DNA of 64,000 nt from Vicugna vicugna (lineage: Eukaryota), in the NCBI GenBank assembly GCA_013265495.1, contig MU058423.1:3425061-3489060 (forward strand), given 5' to 3'. Positions 52,231 to 64,000 of this stretch are shown here, one piece after another. Under the pieces are notes generated by a model. The model made no database searches. It saw nothing but the letters and a program-made list of their open reading frames with translations, and had not been told where the DNA came from. A program made the translations under genes and the position numbers. Positions within the stretch are counted from its first letter, which is position 1; each line of letters begins with the position of its first letter.

Positions 52231-52527
52231 CCCTCAAACTGAGCTGAACATACTCCAGAGCTATTTGTGGCAATTACCCAAATACTAAACATTTCACTGC
52301 CTGCACTTGTCACTTCATTTTTTACCTAGGATATTATTCTCTTTATAATTTGTCTCCCAGTTTTCTACTCCATCAATGACTTTAAACTTGAAACACCCCC
52401 ATGAAGAAGAATTAGGAAATATCTATGTTTGTGAATTACAAGTAACATTAAAAGCTATAGGAATAGGAGCCATAGTTCTAGGGGCGGGGTCTGAAAGAAA
52501 TAATTAAAGACTTAAATGCTGATAAAA

Positions 52528-52701
52528 TAATGGTTTTCAACTCTGGATGCATATCAGAATCACCTGAACATGGATCTTTTAAAAAATAAGATTCTTGGAC
52601 TATATCCCAAGATATTCTGATTTAACTTGGAAGAGGCCTGGGATTCAGGTTTTTTAGCTCCATAGAAGAATCTGATGTACAGCTAAGACTGAGAAAACTG
52701 A
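52528..52701. mobile_element. MER5A-like hAT-Charlie element
   Basis: 'tggttttcaactctggatgcatatcagaatcacctg...tctgatgtacagctaagactgagaaaactg'. Confidence 0.7.
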
Positions 52702-54072
52702 GGTCTTACTGCACAGTTGTGAAAATGAGAATTGAGAAGAGTAACTGGGGACTATGAGAGGAGAGGCAGCATAGAGATAGCAGATCTCCTTCTAGTGTAG
52801 TGTAGATTACTCCCCATTCAGCCATTCATTTCACTTTTATTGCCATGTATCTGTTTCAGGTAGACCATCTTAACCATATATCTTTTGGTCATAAGGATGA
52901 GGTGAGAGTGTATGACTAGATTAACTTAAATTCATTCTCAATACAGGAAGGCTAGCTCTTTAGGCACAAGCCCAGTGGTATTTTTGGCAAGTGGTACCAC
53001 TATTATGCGAATAGCTAATTTCATTTAGCATTTAAAGAAATATACTTACATTTTTGTAGAAGTTTAAAAGTATTGAATATTATAGCATGTATTTATTTTC
53101 TTTTTTGCTTTCTTGCTTCTGTGATCTTATTAAAATAAATTCATCAATCCTGTTTATGTTGAGCTCCCTCCATTCTTTTATTTCTACAGTTAAATATCGT
53201 TTTGCTATCATAATAGAGTGCCATCACACATTTCTCTCTTTATTGTTGCATGACTGTAGTAAATGCACGCTGAGTAAGGACATTTTTAAATTTATTTTTT
53301 TAAGAAGCATCAAATTATACATTTCTTAGTAATTTCCTCAGTATATAATTGTATCCTTTAATAAATGAGTAATTCTAAAAGCACTTAGTGATATTTTAAA
53401 CCCATTATTTCTATATAATTTCTTCTAGCCACTTTTATTCAAGGAAAAGCAAATTTGGAAAGATGAATCTTTCTTAAAATTTGAGAAAATGTGGTTTTGT
53501 TAACCTAGAGTGGATTATGCAGTCTTTTCTACAATGTTCCATTAGTCTCTCTGAGAATCCCCAGAATTTTGGTTTGGTCTTTGAATATTATTACAAACTG
53601 AAACAATCAAGCAAAACAAAATAAACAAAACATGCACAGAGAACAAACGTAGGAGAACTCAAACTGAGATTGTTTGAATATGTTTATTTGAAAACATCTG
53701 TGCACTCTGTGCCTGATGGGGCAGCGGAGATTGTCCCCTTTGTACAAGGAAGAAGAGGAACAATCTTTCGTAAAGATTTTGGGAAGAACAGTTATTAAAA
53801 TCAAGTGACCAAGCTTGACTGCCAGTAATCAGCTTTGTGATCTGATAACTTAGTCTCTCTGAATTTGTTTTCTCATTTATAAAATTTATAAAATGGAGAT
53901 AACATTTAGAGCATTTTCATAGACAGTATCTCTGTAACATCTATGAAAATGGTCTCTATAATTCTTGAATCAAGAAGCTATTCAATGTTTATTGGAATTG
54001 AGAGAGCAATTAACTTTATTCTACTTAGACTTGCATAATAGTTAAAGGATATTTACTACTCTTCTCTGCCAG

Positions 54073-54223
54073 TTTTTGAAGAATTATTGGCTAGAACATT
54101 ATGCAAGAGGCTCTCTAGACCCTGGGATAATGATTTTGCTGGGATGTGGTACATTGTCTCACACTTGTGGTCAAATGGTCAGCTTCCCTCTGAACCTTAT
54201 TAGAACTCGCATGCAGGCTCAAG
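54073..54223 (+). CDS. SLC25A54: SCaMC-1-like exon 9
   Basis: tgccag|[53 protein letters not shown](A); donor AAG|GTGAGT. Confidence 0.97.
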
Positions 54224-54831
54224 GTGAGTTTTTTTTTTTTTTTAAGTGAAGTAATAATAAGTTTAAAAAATTATTTACAATAAGTTTAATGAAGTGATAA
54301 TAAAAACTAAATTAAAAAGTAGTTAAAAATAAGTTGTTTTAAATGAGTAGAAATTAATGATTTCAAAAACAAAAACTGTAAAACTAATAAATCAGAAGCT
54401 AGCTCTCTGATTTTTAAAGCATGAATCTTGAATTTATTGTTTTATTGTGGAGTCTTTTGTGAGTTTTATATTTTATTTCCTCTCCAAAGTTCTATTTGGA
54501 ATTCTACACATTTCCTTCAGTTACTGATGATTGATCTCTATAGAATTTACGATTAGGAAGTACCGAGCAGAACAACAGAAAAGATTTTGCTTTCTTCAAA
54601 TTGAATCAGCATTTACTCAGTATGAACATATAATTTGCCCCTAGTTCTGCTCTTTTTGTCATATATTCTGCATTGGGAACTTAATATAGTACTTGTGGAA
54701 TTGAATGCAGTATTTTTTTATTCCAATCTACTTAGCAAGGAGATACTAAGCAGAAAGGAGGCTTTCTGTTTTGTTCCTCTCAATTGAAATGTTAGGAATT
54801 TAGATGTTAAGAGAACACCTTTGTCACTTTT

Positions 54832-54953
54832 TTTTTTTTTGACAGGGAGGAATTAGGGGTTTTTATTTTTTTAATGGAGGTACTGGGGACTGAACCCAGG
54901 GTCTTGTACATGCTAAGCACGTGCTCTACCACTGAGCTTCACCCTCCCCCCGC
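54832..54953 (-). mobile_element. tRNA-derived SINE (vic-1-like)
   Basis: Same family as the copy at 45741; 10-bp TSD tgtcactttt at 54822-54831 and 54954-54963. Confidence 0.9.
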
Positions 54954-55199
54954 TGTCACTTTTCAATAAGACAAAAACCCCAACATAATCTTCTTATCTT
55001 CCCGAGTAAACTATTCAAGGGGTCATATGGTAAGTGATATTCTTTTACATTCTTTTTCTCCCCTTTTTAGTAAGATTTTTGGATTTATTTATATTGCAAT
55101 TCAGGTGGAGAATCTCTCTATCCATCCACCCCCCTATCAAACTATAATGTCATTACCGAGTTCCAGATACTCCTTTAAGGTCCCTTATGAAAGAATTTC

Positions 55200-55405
55200 A
55201 AGTGCTGTCCAATAGGACTTCCTGCAGTGATGGAAATATTTTATATTTGTGCTGTCCGGGATGGTAGCCACTAGTCACGCAGGCTGTCAAGCACTTAAAC
55301 TGTTGCTAGTGCAACTGAGAAACTGATTTTTTAGTTTTACTTAATTTTAATTAACTTTAAATATGTAGCTACATGTGTCTAGCGACTACCATTTGGACTG
55401 CACAG
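55200..55405. mobile_element. MER3-like hAT-Charlie element
   Basis: 'gtgctgtccaatagg...atggtagccactagtcac...gctagtgcaactgagaaactga...ttggactgcacag'. Confidence 0.75.
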
Positions 55406-55524
55406 GACTATTCTGTAGGTAGGGAGAGAGGTGTAATTGCAACCTCTATAAATTCTTATTAACCATTTGACTAAATGTATAAAGATTAAATATTGAATTA
55501 TATTAATTTTTTTCCAATTTATAG

Positions 55525-55703
55525 CACTGAAGGAAAAAGGAGCAACAGTTTCTATGATTCATCTCATTCAAGATATATATAACAAAGAAGGAAAAAGGGG
55601 ATTTTTCAGGGGTCTCACCCCAAACATCATAAAGGTGCTTCCTGCAGTAGGCATCAGCTGTGTGACTTATGAAAAAGTGAAAGGACATTTGGGATTAATT
55701 TAG
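55525..55703 (+). CDS. SLC25A54: SCaMC-1-like exon 10 (coding part)
   Basis: ttatag|CA; (A)LKEKGATVSMIHLIQDIYNKEGKRGFFRGLTPNIIKVLPAVGISCVTYEKVKGHLGLI*, TAG at 55701-55703. Confidence 0.97.
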
Positions 55704-55814
55704 AAGATAAATATCAAACTGTTGTCATTACTATAATCACTTGACTGCAAGATAATACTTGGGTTGTAAAAAGAAATTTATCTTTTCCTGAAAGAAAAGA
55801 AGTATCAGATAATT

Positions 55815-55820
55815 ATTAAA
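55815..55820 (+). terminator. Candidate polyadenylation signal (ATTAAA)
   Basis: First ATTAAA/AATAAA-type hexamer I found after the stop codon; another ATTAAA near 56387. The region is AT-rich, so this is weak. Confidence 0.3.
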
Positions 55821-58800
55821 ATATTTTCTCTTTATCTATTATAAAATTTATAAAGTAAATAATCATTTTGGTTAACGTTCTTTAATAATTCAAAATCCTT
55901 CATATCCACAGAATTCAATTTACATTTCCAACCTCTCTCCCTCAGTATTAACTTGAAATTTGTTTTTGTTGAGTTTGAACTTAACCATAGTAACACTATA
56001 AAACACTTGGTCAGTTGTAGCAATTTGTGTTAACCTTTCTGTATTTAAACAAATTTTTTAAAAGCAGAGTTTGAAAATGTTTTATACGCTAAAAGCAGAG
56101 TCAGTGTATTTAAAATGACGTTATAGTGAATGATCAAAGTCTGTTTTCCTTTTTTAAGCAAAATGGAACACGGATTTCATAATTCCTTCTATCAGATTGT
56201 GGATGGAATAATGATAACATTTTGCTTACTTTTCTGGGTACTTTTATTTGTAAATATCAATACTGTTGGTTCATTTTTATTCTTGATATTTTCAGATGTT
56301 ATCAGGAAGTCAGCACTGAGAACAAATCAGCATTAGATGAATTTTCTTTTATCTTCTGGTTGAAAACGTTTGAGAGAGTTTTTAAAATTAAATCCATTAT
56401 TTCATACTTGTTGAAATAATTTTTACTTCAACTTAGTTCATTGAATCAACTGAAATTCTAAATCTCTCTCCTTAGTTTTATATAAAAAAAAAATCCCATT
56501 CTTTGTTGAAGTTGAAAAAGAGTGTGGCAATGGGCTGGTTGGCCAGCGTGGGCCTCAAATGAAGAACTGCCTAGCTAAACAGGCTAGATTCCAGGCTTTG
56601 AGCCTTAGCCTTGCTGATCCAAAAATCTGACTTTATTAATTTTCTCAACCTGATCAGTTTCTTGGTGATAGGTTAATTGAAATTACTCACAAGACTGAGC
56701 CTTGATTTATATCACAATGCAAGGTTATTAATTTATAGTGGAGCTTAATGCTTTCCACTAACCAGAATACTTTCACCCCCTCCTCCGGGCACATCTTTTC
56801 CTGGTATCAAGGTACCCTGAAAACCAAATAAGCAATGAGAAGATTGATGTGGAGTTAGCGAGGAAGATGTTTTTGAGGAATGTTTTCCTCAGACCAGTCC
56901 CATTTAAGGTGGGAAAAGTCGGAAACCATGTATACAAGGGAGAGGAGCTGAGACCTGATGTAGGAGAGGAGAGAATTGTGGAACTTCAAGCCACAGATTG
57001 CCAGAAAGGAGGGAGGCCAATCTCACGTGAAGTCCTGGAAGCGCTTGTGTAAGAAAGTTGAGAGATTGTGGTGGTTGTGCAGATAGGCTTTTTAAAAGCA
57101 CTCCAAATTGACGAAACAGCTTGAGCAGTGACATGGAAAGGGGAGGCTCATGGAGCACTGGGGAAGTTGCAAGAAACCTGGTCATTTTCGAACATCTGGT
57201 TTATAGAAAGATACAGTGAGGTATGAGGCTACTGCTGTAGGTTGGTGCCAAGTCCTGAACTTTGAATTGTATGTGATAACGATGTGATCTGGTGTAAGAA
57301 AATAACTTTGACAACAGAACAAGGCCATTGAAAGAGGGGATAGTAGAGCCAGTGAGGCCAACGGGGATGTTATTACCATACCCCTAGTTATAAAATCCTG
57401 GCTTCTGAGGGCTTTTCTTTAGATTAAATACACCCAATTATTGTATCAGAAGTCAATGTCAAAGGCTGTCTTTTTTAACATAAAAAAATTAAAATGCATT
57501 TTATTTAGTACCTACTATGTGCCAGGTATTATTTCAAGGCACTATTACAGGTCCTCTTGCTTAATTCTAACAATAGAACGTTGAGATTATTATCCTAGTT
57601 TCCAGATGAGGAAACTAAGTTTATAGAGGCAAGTGCCTTGAACAGATCACCTAACATTTCTTCCCTCTTTAAGGATTGCACTCATGCCACACCCTCAGAG
57701 CCAGCCTCTTTTTTACATGAAGGCCTACTGTCAGCCAGGACCTCAGCTATGGCCTAGATATTTTATAAAATCTCTTGAAGTGATGAAGTGATGATTTAGC
57801 CCATTGTCCTTAGGGTACAGCCTCTCAGTTCTCTGAGGTTGAGTCTAGGCCTGCTTTTAGATACTGAGGATGCTTGAGGGGTAACCGTTATGTAAAAATT
57901 GTTATCACAGTGTATGTACCTCGAACAATGAAACTTGGGAGTTGGAGTGAATCTTGAAGAAACACCAGAGATCTTGCCTGATTGCCACAGAAGAAAATAC
58001 CTGGACAATATTACAGGATCTATGGTGTCAGAAGTTGAATTTAACACTGAGGCACCCTTCTGCAGTTTTTCAGATACCATTAGAGCTTAAAGATCTGCTC
58101 CTTCTTGGGTTACCTTGCAGTGCTGTGATGCAGATGAGTGAAATTCTGTTTCATGGTCTCCGGAGGGTTAAGAGCATGTTATAGGATATAACTAAGATTA
58201 CTGGATAGGTTAGGGAGTGGTTACACAAAAGACTTAGTAATATGAATTAAAGATAGAAGGACCATAGCAGAAATGATGATCTGGAGATCCTTGGGATTAA
58301 GTGTCCTTTGAAATTTTTGACTCCAAGAAATCCTTGGACTTCACACAGAAAGGTAAAGGACTCCCCAGATAATCACAGAGGCCGTTCAGGAATTTATTCG
58401 CAGTCCGCAGGAGAGCAGTAAGCCTTAAGAGCTCGAGTCCTCTAGCAGGGCACCTGCTTCTCTAGCTTTGTGCAAAGCCTGTGTTCCTGAAGGCACAGCA
58501 AAACTTCTTTGTGTTCTCACTCTCCTCAGACTGCGTATTAAAAAAACAGTATATTATTCTATTCACTTTGGAGAGAGAAGTTGAGAAAATTATAGCATGT
58601 TGATCATAACATGCTGAAAAGGTGGTTATAAACCCTTGTAAAACCCAAAAGCACCCAAAGGTTCTCAAAGTCTGTAACATTTCAGGAAACAGACTATTTT
58701 TATTACTCTCATTTCTAGATTAGGGTCTAATTTTGTCAATAATCCAGTTTCAGACATTAGTGAATCTGTTGTAGGTATGTGGAAAAATCTTTGATAAAGA

Positions 58801-60840
58801 ACTTTTCAAGTTCTTTGTAATTTTACAGGGGGTTAATCAGTCCACTGCATGATTCTCTACTTCAATTTTTCATAAAGGGATGGATCTCCTTGGGGATGAT
58901 CATGGTAGACTGATGGATGAAACTGGAGTAATGAATTTCCCTTGAAGCTGTTCAGAGGGTGTCCGTCTCTGCCTTGTCTGAGTCCCTTCTTAGATGTTCT
59001 TAGTGATTATCAGCCTTATGGAAGCAGCCTTGATGTGCCCCAGAACAAAAGGAGTCCAGACTGGCAGAACAGCGGCAACATCCTCACCACTAGTCTCCCA
59101 CCAGGGGTCAGTCGGTTTATAGTTCAACACATACATGCCAGGTGCTATGCCAAGTCAGGTGTATGAAGAACAGTAGAAGCTTTAGCATGAAGCCTCATAG
59201 TTCTCTAAACTGACAGCTGTCCACCATACACCACCATGGGAACGGTGGGACACGGGGGAGCAGTCTGTCTGGCTCCCCTCTGCTCTGGTACCTGGGAAGA
59301 GACCTGCCCTGTACTTCAGCCAGCTGTCTGGCGCCTACCCTGTTACTGGAGGACTTGAGAGCCTTTTCTCCTCCTCTGAAATTTCTGACTTCATCTCAGA
59401 TAGATAGCTATAAATTGAACCTGACTCTTCATCTGCAGATACAGCCCTTTGAGGTTTACAGCTTTATGCACGGATCTCAGTTCTAACCTTCACCTTATCC
59501 TGACCCAAGGTCTCATGTTCCTTTTCTGTGTAGCCATATGCCTGCTCTTGTGAGGCTCAAATGAGATAAGGAATATGAAAGTCTTTTGGAAATTACAAAC
59601 CTTATGTAAGAATATTATACTTTTAGGGGAAATAGTGTATTGTGCTGAGGTAGGAAGTAAGGATACTTTGATTCAGGAAGACCTCAATTCCAGTCCTGTT
59701 TCTATCATTCTTTATCTTTGCTATTTGGAGATTCGGTTAATCTTTAAGTCTCAGATTCCATATTTTTTAAGTGAGGACAATAATATTGCCTTTTATAAAC
59801 CTTATTGATAGAATTGTTTTCAGAACCAAATGAGATACAGAATATGAAACTGCTTCATAATATATGAACAGCCATATAAGTCTCATTTTATTAATCCATC
59901 CAGTATGGCGAGAATACATGTGGACTTAGTAAGACATACTTAGACTTCAAAAATAGGCACCTGTAATACTGGTTATGATCTAGATCATTTATGTAATGTA
60001 CACTTATGTACCAAGGTGGTCGCCCCCTGGTAAGCCATTGTCTGGCAAGGAAGGAGCCAGGTCTTAACTTGGCAGGCACAGGGGAGAACTGTACTGGAGC
60101 TGGATCACTTTGAGGGGCCCGGCTTCACAATGACTGACTACTCTGCAGGCAGAGTATTTATACCTGACATTTTTGTCTTTCACCTGCAAGGTTCTTTCCA
60201 TCTGAGGTCCATGTCATGGACTTGAGGGCATTGTTTATTTCCTGTTTCTTCTCATGTTAGGTAGACAGCAGTCAGTTTGGACATTGGCCTAAAATGTTCC
60301 TAAGATAGAGGGAAATAAATTGTTAGTCTAACTTAGTCTGTTAGAGCTCCCTTACCACTAATAACTAAGTTTTGACTCTGCATAGAGTGAACTTGTTTCT
60401 TTTGAATCTTTGTTTCTTTATAAACTAAAAGGTAACTGCAATTTATTGCAATCCCACCAGGTTTTTTTTTTTAACATACTTTGTCTCATTTAATTCTCTC
60501 AAAATGTATATAAAATAGGGAACCACTATTTCATAATATTTCATAAATATTACAAATAAGACAGACTCAGAGATAAGTAATTTATCCAAAGTAACACAGT
60601 AATTAAAATTCAGTTCTGTTGATACAAAGCTAGTGCTCTTTGTATATACTTATTATATACAGTAGTACAATGATCTAACATAAGTCCTGGGGGATTGTTT
60701 TAGACTCTTAGAACAGAAATGAGGCTGGGCAGCTTATCATTTGCTCTGCTTCATCCAAGAATTTTTGTTTATAAAAATTCCAGTGTGGAAGTCTAGAAAA
60801 AGTTGTTTTTGAAGGCTAGTGAGTTTCCAAGGATGGGTAA

Positions 60841-61206
60841 TGCTATGGGCTGAATTGTGCCCTCCCCAACATTCCTATGTTGAAGCCTTAACCCCCAATG
60901 TGTCTGTATTTGGAGATGGGGCTTTTAGGAGGTACGTAAGGTTAAATTAGGTGGTCAAGATAGGGCTCTAATCTGATAAGATTTGTGGCCTCATAAGAAA
61001 AGGAAGAGCTTGCTCTCTCTACCATATGAGAGCACAATAATAAGGTAGATGGCTGCAAGCCAGAAAAAGAGTCCTCACCAGGAACTGAACTAACCAGAAG
61101 CTTCATCTTGGACTTCCCAGCCTCCAGAACTGTGAGAAAATTATTTCTGTTGTTTAAGCCACCCAGTCTCTGCTATTTGTCGTGTCAGCCTGAGCTGACT
61201 ACTACA
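60841..61206 (+). mobile_element. MaLR solo LTR (MLT1A-like)
   Basis: TGCTATGGGCTGAATTGTG...ACTACA termini; perfect 5-bp TSD GGTAA (60836-60840, 61207-61211). Confidence 0.9.
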
Positions 61207-61571
61207 GGTAAGAACAGAAGAGCAGAGCAGGCAGCATTGGCAGAGAAGGCCACACAGATCTTCAAAATGTCCTTAAACTCCTTGAGTAGGGAAAAAGGTT
61301 GAGAAACCAGGACAGGCAAGTTCAGGACGGCAGCATTAATATCCACTGCCTTCAAATTAAAACCCCAAATTAGTCTTTTTCTTTTGTTCCTTTCTTGAGT
61401 TATGTCGATTCCCACTTCACATTTTTGTGTCATGTAGTCACAACCTCCCGTTGTTTGGCCGTCTGTTTCCCATTTTTTTCTGTCTGTTTATTTTAGTCTT
61501 TCTTCAATTCCTCCATTATATTTTTTCTTTTAAAAATATATGTAGGAATGTTACCTTGAAATAAGGGGCAA

Positions 61572-63725
61572 TTGGTTCATGAGGTTTAAGGAAAGAAGCC
61601 ATCTCCGTAACATGAAAGTACAAAGTGAAGCAGCAAGTGCTGATGGAGAAGCTGCAGCAAGTCATCCAGAAGATCTAGCTAGGATAATTATGAACGGGGC
61701 CACACTAAACAACAGAATTTCAGTGTAGATGAAACAGCCTTTTATTGGAGGAAGATGCCATCCAGGACTTTGACAGCTAGAGAGCAGAAGCCAATGCCTG
61801 ACTTCAAAGCTTCAAAGGACAGGCTGACTCTCTTGTTAGGGGCTGGGCTAATGCATCTGGTGTCCTGAAGTTGAAGCCAATGCTCATTTACCATTCTAAA
61901 AATTCTAGGGCCCTTAAGAATTGTGCTAAATTGACTCTGCCAATGCTCTATCAGTGAAACAGCAACGTCTGGATGATAACACATCTGTTTACAGTATGGT
62001 TTACTGAATATTTTAAGCCCACCATTGAAACCTACTGCTCAGAAAAAAAAAGATTCCTTTCAATATATTACTATTCAATGACAATGTACCTGGTCACTCA
62101 AGAGCTCTGATGGGGATGTTAATATTGTTTTCATGTCTGCTTACCCAACAGCCATTATGTAGCCCATGGATCAAGAAGTAATTTCAACTTTCAAGTTTTA
62201 TTCTTTAAAAAATACATTTTGTGAGGCTATAGCTGCCATAGATAGTGATTCCTCTGATGGCTCTGCGCAAAGGAAATCGAAAACCTTCTGGAAGGATTCA
62301 CTATTCTAGATGCCATTAAAAACATTTGTGATTCATGGGAAGAGGTCAAAATATCAACATTGACTAGGAGTTAGGAAGAAGTTGATTTCAGCCCTAATGG
62401 ATAACTTTAGGGGGTTCAAGACCTCCGTGGAGGAAGCAACTGCAGATATGGTGGAAAGCAAGAGAACTAGAATTAGAAGTAAAGCTTGCACATGTGACTG
62501 AATTGCTGCAATTTCATGATAAAACTTGAACCGCTGAGGGATTGCTTCTTATGAATGAGCAAAGAAAGTGGTTTCTTGAGATGGAATCTACTCTTGGTGA
62601 AGATGCTGTGAAGACTGTTGAAATGACAGCAAAGGATTTAGAATGCTACATAAACTCATTTGACAAAATAGCAGCAGGTTTGAGAGGATTGACCTCAATT
62701 TTGAAAGAAGTTCTAGTGTGGGTAAAATGCTATCAAACAGCCTTGCATGCCACAGAGAAGTAGTTCGTGAAAGGAAGAGACGATGTGGCAAACTTCATTG
62801 CTGTCTTATTTTAAGAAATTGCCACATCCACTCCACCTTCAGCAACCACAATCGTGATCAGTCAGCAGCCATCAACATCAAGGTAAGACCGTTCACCAGC
62901 AATGAGATGATGACTCGCTGAAGGCTCAGATGACGGTTAGCATTTTTTTAGCAATGAAGTATTTTAAATTAAGGTCTGTACTTTTTAAAGGCATAATGCT
63001 ATTGCATATTTAATAAATACAGTATAGTGTAAACATTAGCTTTGATATGCACTGGAAAACCAAAAACTTTATTCTTGCTTTTTTTTTTAATTGAAGTACA
63101 GTCAGTTACAATGTGTCAATTTCTAGTGTACAGCACAATGTCTCAGTTATGCATATACATATGTATATTCATTTTCATATTCTTTTTCATTAAAGGTTAT
63201 TATAAGATATTGAATATAGTTCCTTGTGCTATACAGAAGAAATTTGTTTTTTAATCTTTTTAAAATCTATTTTTAATATATATGGCAAACATTTGCAAAT
63301 CTCAAACTTTCAAATGTATCCTTTCCCACCTGCTTTCCCCTGGTAATCATGATTGTTTACTATGCCTGGGAGTCTGTTTCTGTGTTGTAGATGAGTTCAT
63401 TAGTGTCCTCTTTTTTCTTTTTTTTAGATTCCACATATTAATATCATATGGTATTTTTCTTTCTCTTTCTGGCTTACCTCACTTAGAATGACGATCTCTA
63501 GGTCCATTCATGTTGCTGCAAGTGGCATTATTTTATTCTTTTTTATGGCATTGTATAAACATACCACAACTTCTTTATCCAGTTATCTGTCGATGGACAT
63601 TTAAGTTGCTTCCATGTGTTGGTTATTGCTGCTATAAACTCTGGGGTGCAGGCTTGCTTTATTTCGATATTCACTTTATTGTGGTGGTCTGGATCTGAAC
63701 CCACAATATCTTCAAGGTGTGCCTG
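61572..63725 (+). mobile_element. Tigger1 DNA transposon, 5'-truncated, interrupted by an L1
   Basis: Transposase remnants ('gtagatgaaacagccttttattggaggaagatgcca' = [12 protein letters not shown]; 'cccatggatcaag' = PMDQ) and terminus ...aaggtgtgcctg|TA. Confidence 0.9.
63082..63652 (-). mobile_element. L1 3' end inserted in Tigger1
   Basis: T-tract plus L1 3'UTR closely similar to 33440-33720; TSD cttgcttt at 63074-63081 and 63653-63660. Confidence 0.9.
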
Positions 63726-64000
63726 TAATACCTTAGTCTAAATGCTGAGCATACTCATTTTTGATAATCATAGTTGAATGAGATGGAAATTTCTGTGTTA
63801 GAATTAGAAGTCCCATTGGAGTTGATAGGGGAAGCCAGTATAGCTTTCCAAGCTTCATAGCTGAGGGGAACAACTTAAAATAGCTGCCTTTCACACAGTC
63901 GTATCCCCTCTTGCTCTCAGAACCCAGCCTAGTTTAGGACTCCTGGGCTCCCACACATTCTTTGTAGATTTTCATCAGCAAGAAACAAGGTAATCACCTT

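Noticed and set aside
53912..53951. 12-bp inverted repeat cattttcataga / tctatgaaaatg
   Set aside because: Short and AT-rich, next to MIR-like sequence; likely a repeat remnant or chance.
56059..56101. Repeated taaaagcagagt in the putative 3'UTR
   Set aside because: Only two short copies, with no evidence of function.

Overview
Mammalian genomic DNA, most likely camelid (three tRNA-derived SINEs of the vic-1 type, plus cetartiodactyl-type L1 3' ends). The main content is a complete, intact 10-exon gene on the + strand (CDS 10550-55703, 1428 nt, 475 aa, all introns GT-AG). It encodes a Ca2+-binding mitochondrial ATP-Mg/Pi carrier of the SCaMC/SLC25A24 family, most likely the SCaMC-1-like paralog (mouse Slc25a54) rather than SLC25A24 itself. 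Upstream and in the same orientation are three disabled exons (homologs of exons 6, 7 and 8, with splice sites and intron flanks) of a further, separately diverged tandem SCaMC paralog whose exons 9-10 I could not find. The introns contain an antisense RPS6 processed pseudogene, a perfect 42-bp-arm inverted repeat, an L1 with a candidate 3' transduction and an internal 54-nt poly(A), a twin-primed L1, a solo ERV LTR and the usual MaLR/ERVL, Tigger and MER elements. Exon boundaries were read by hand. Repeat-family names and cross-species comparisons come from memory of consensus sequences, not from searches.
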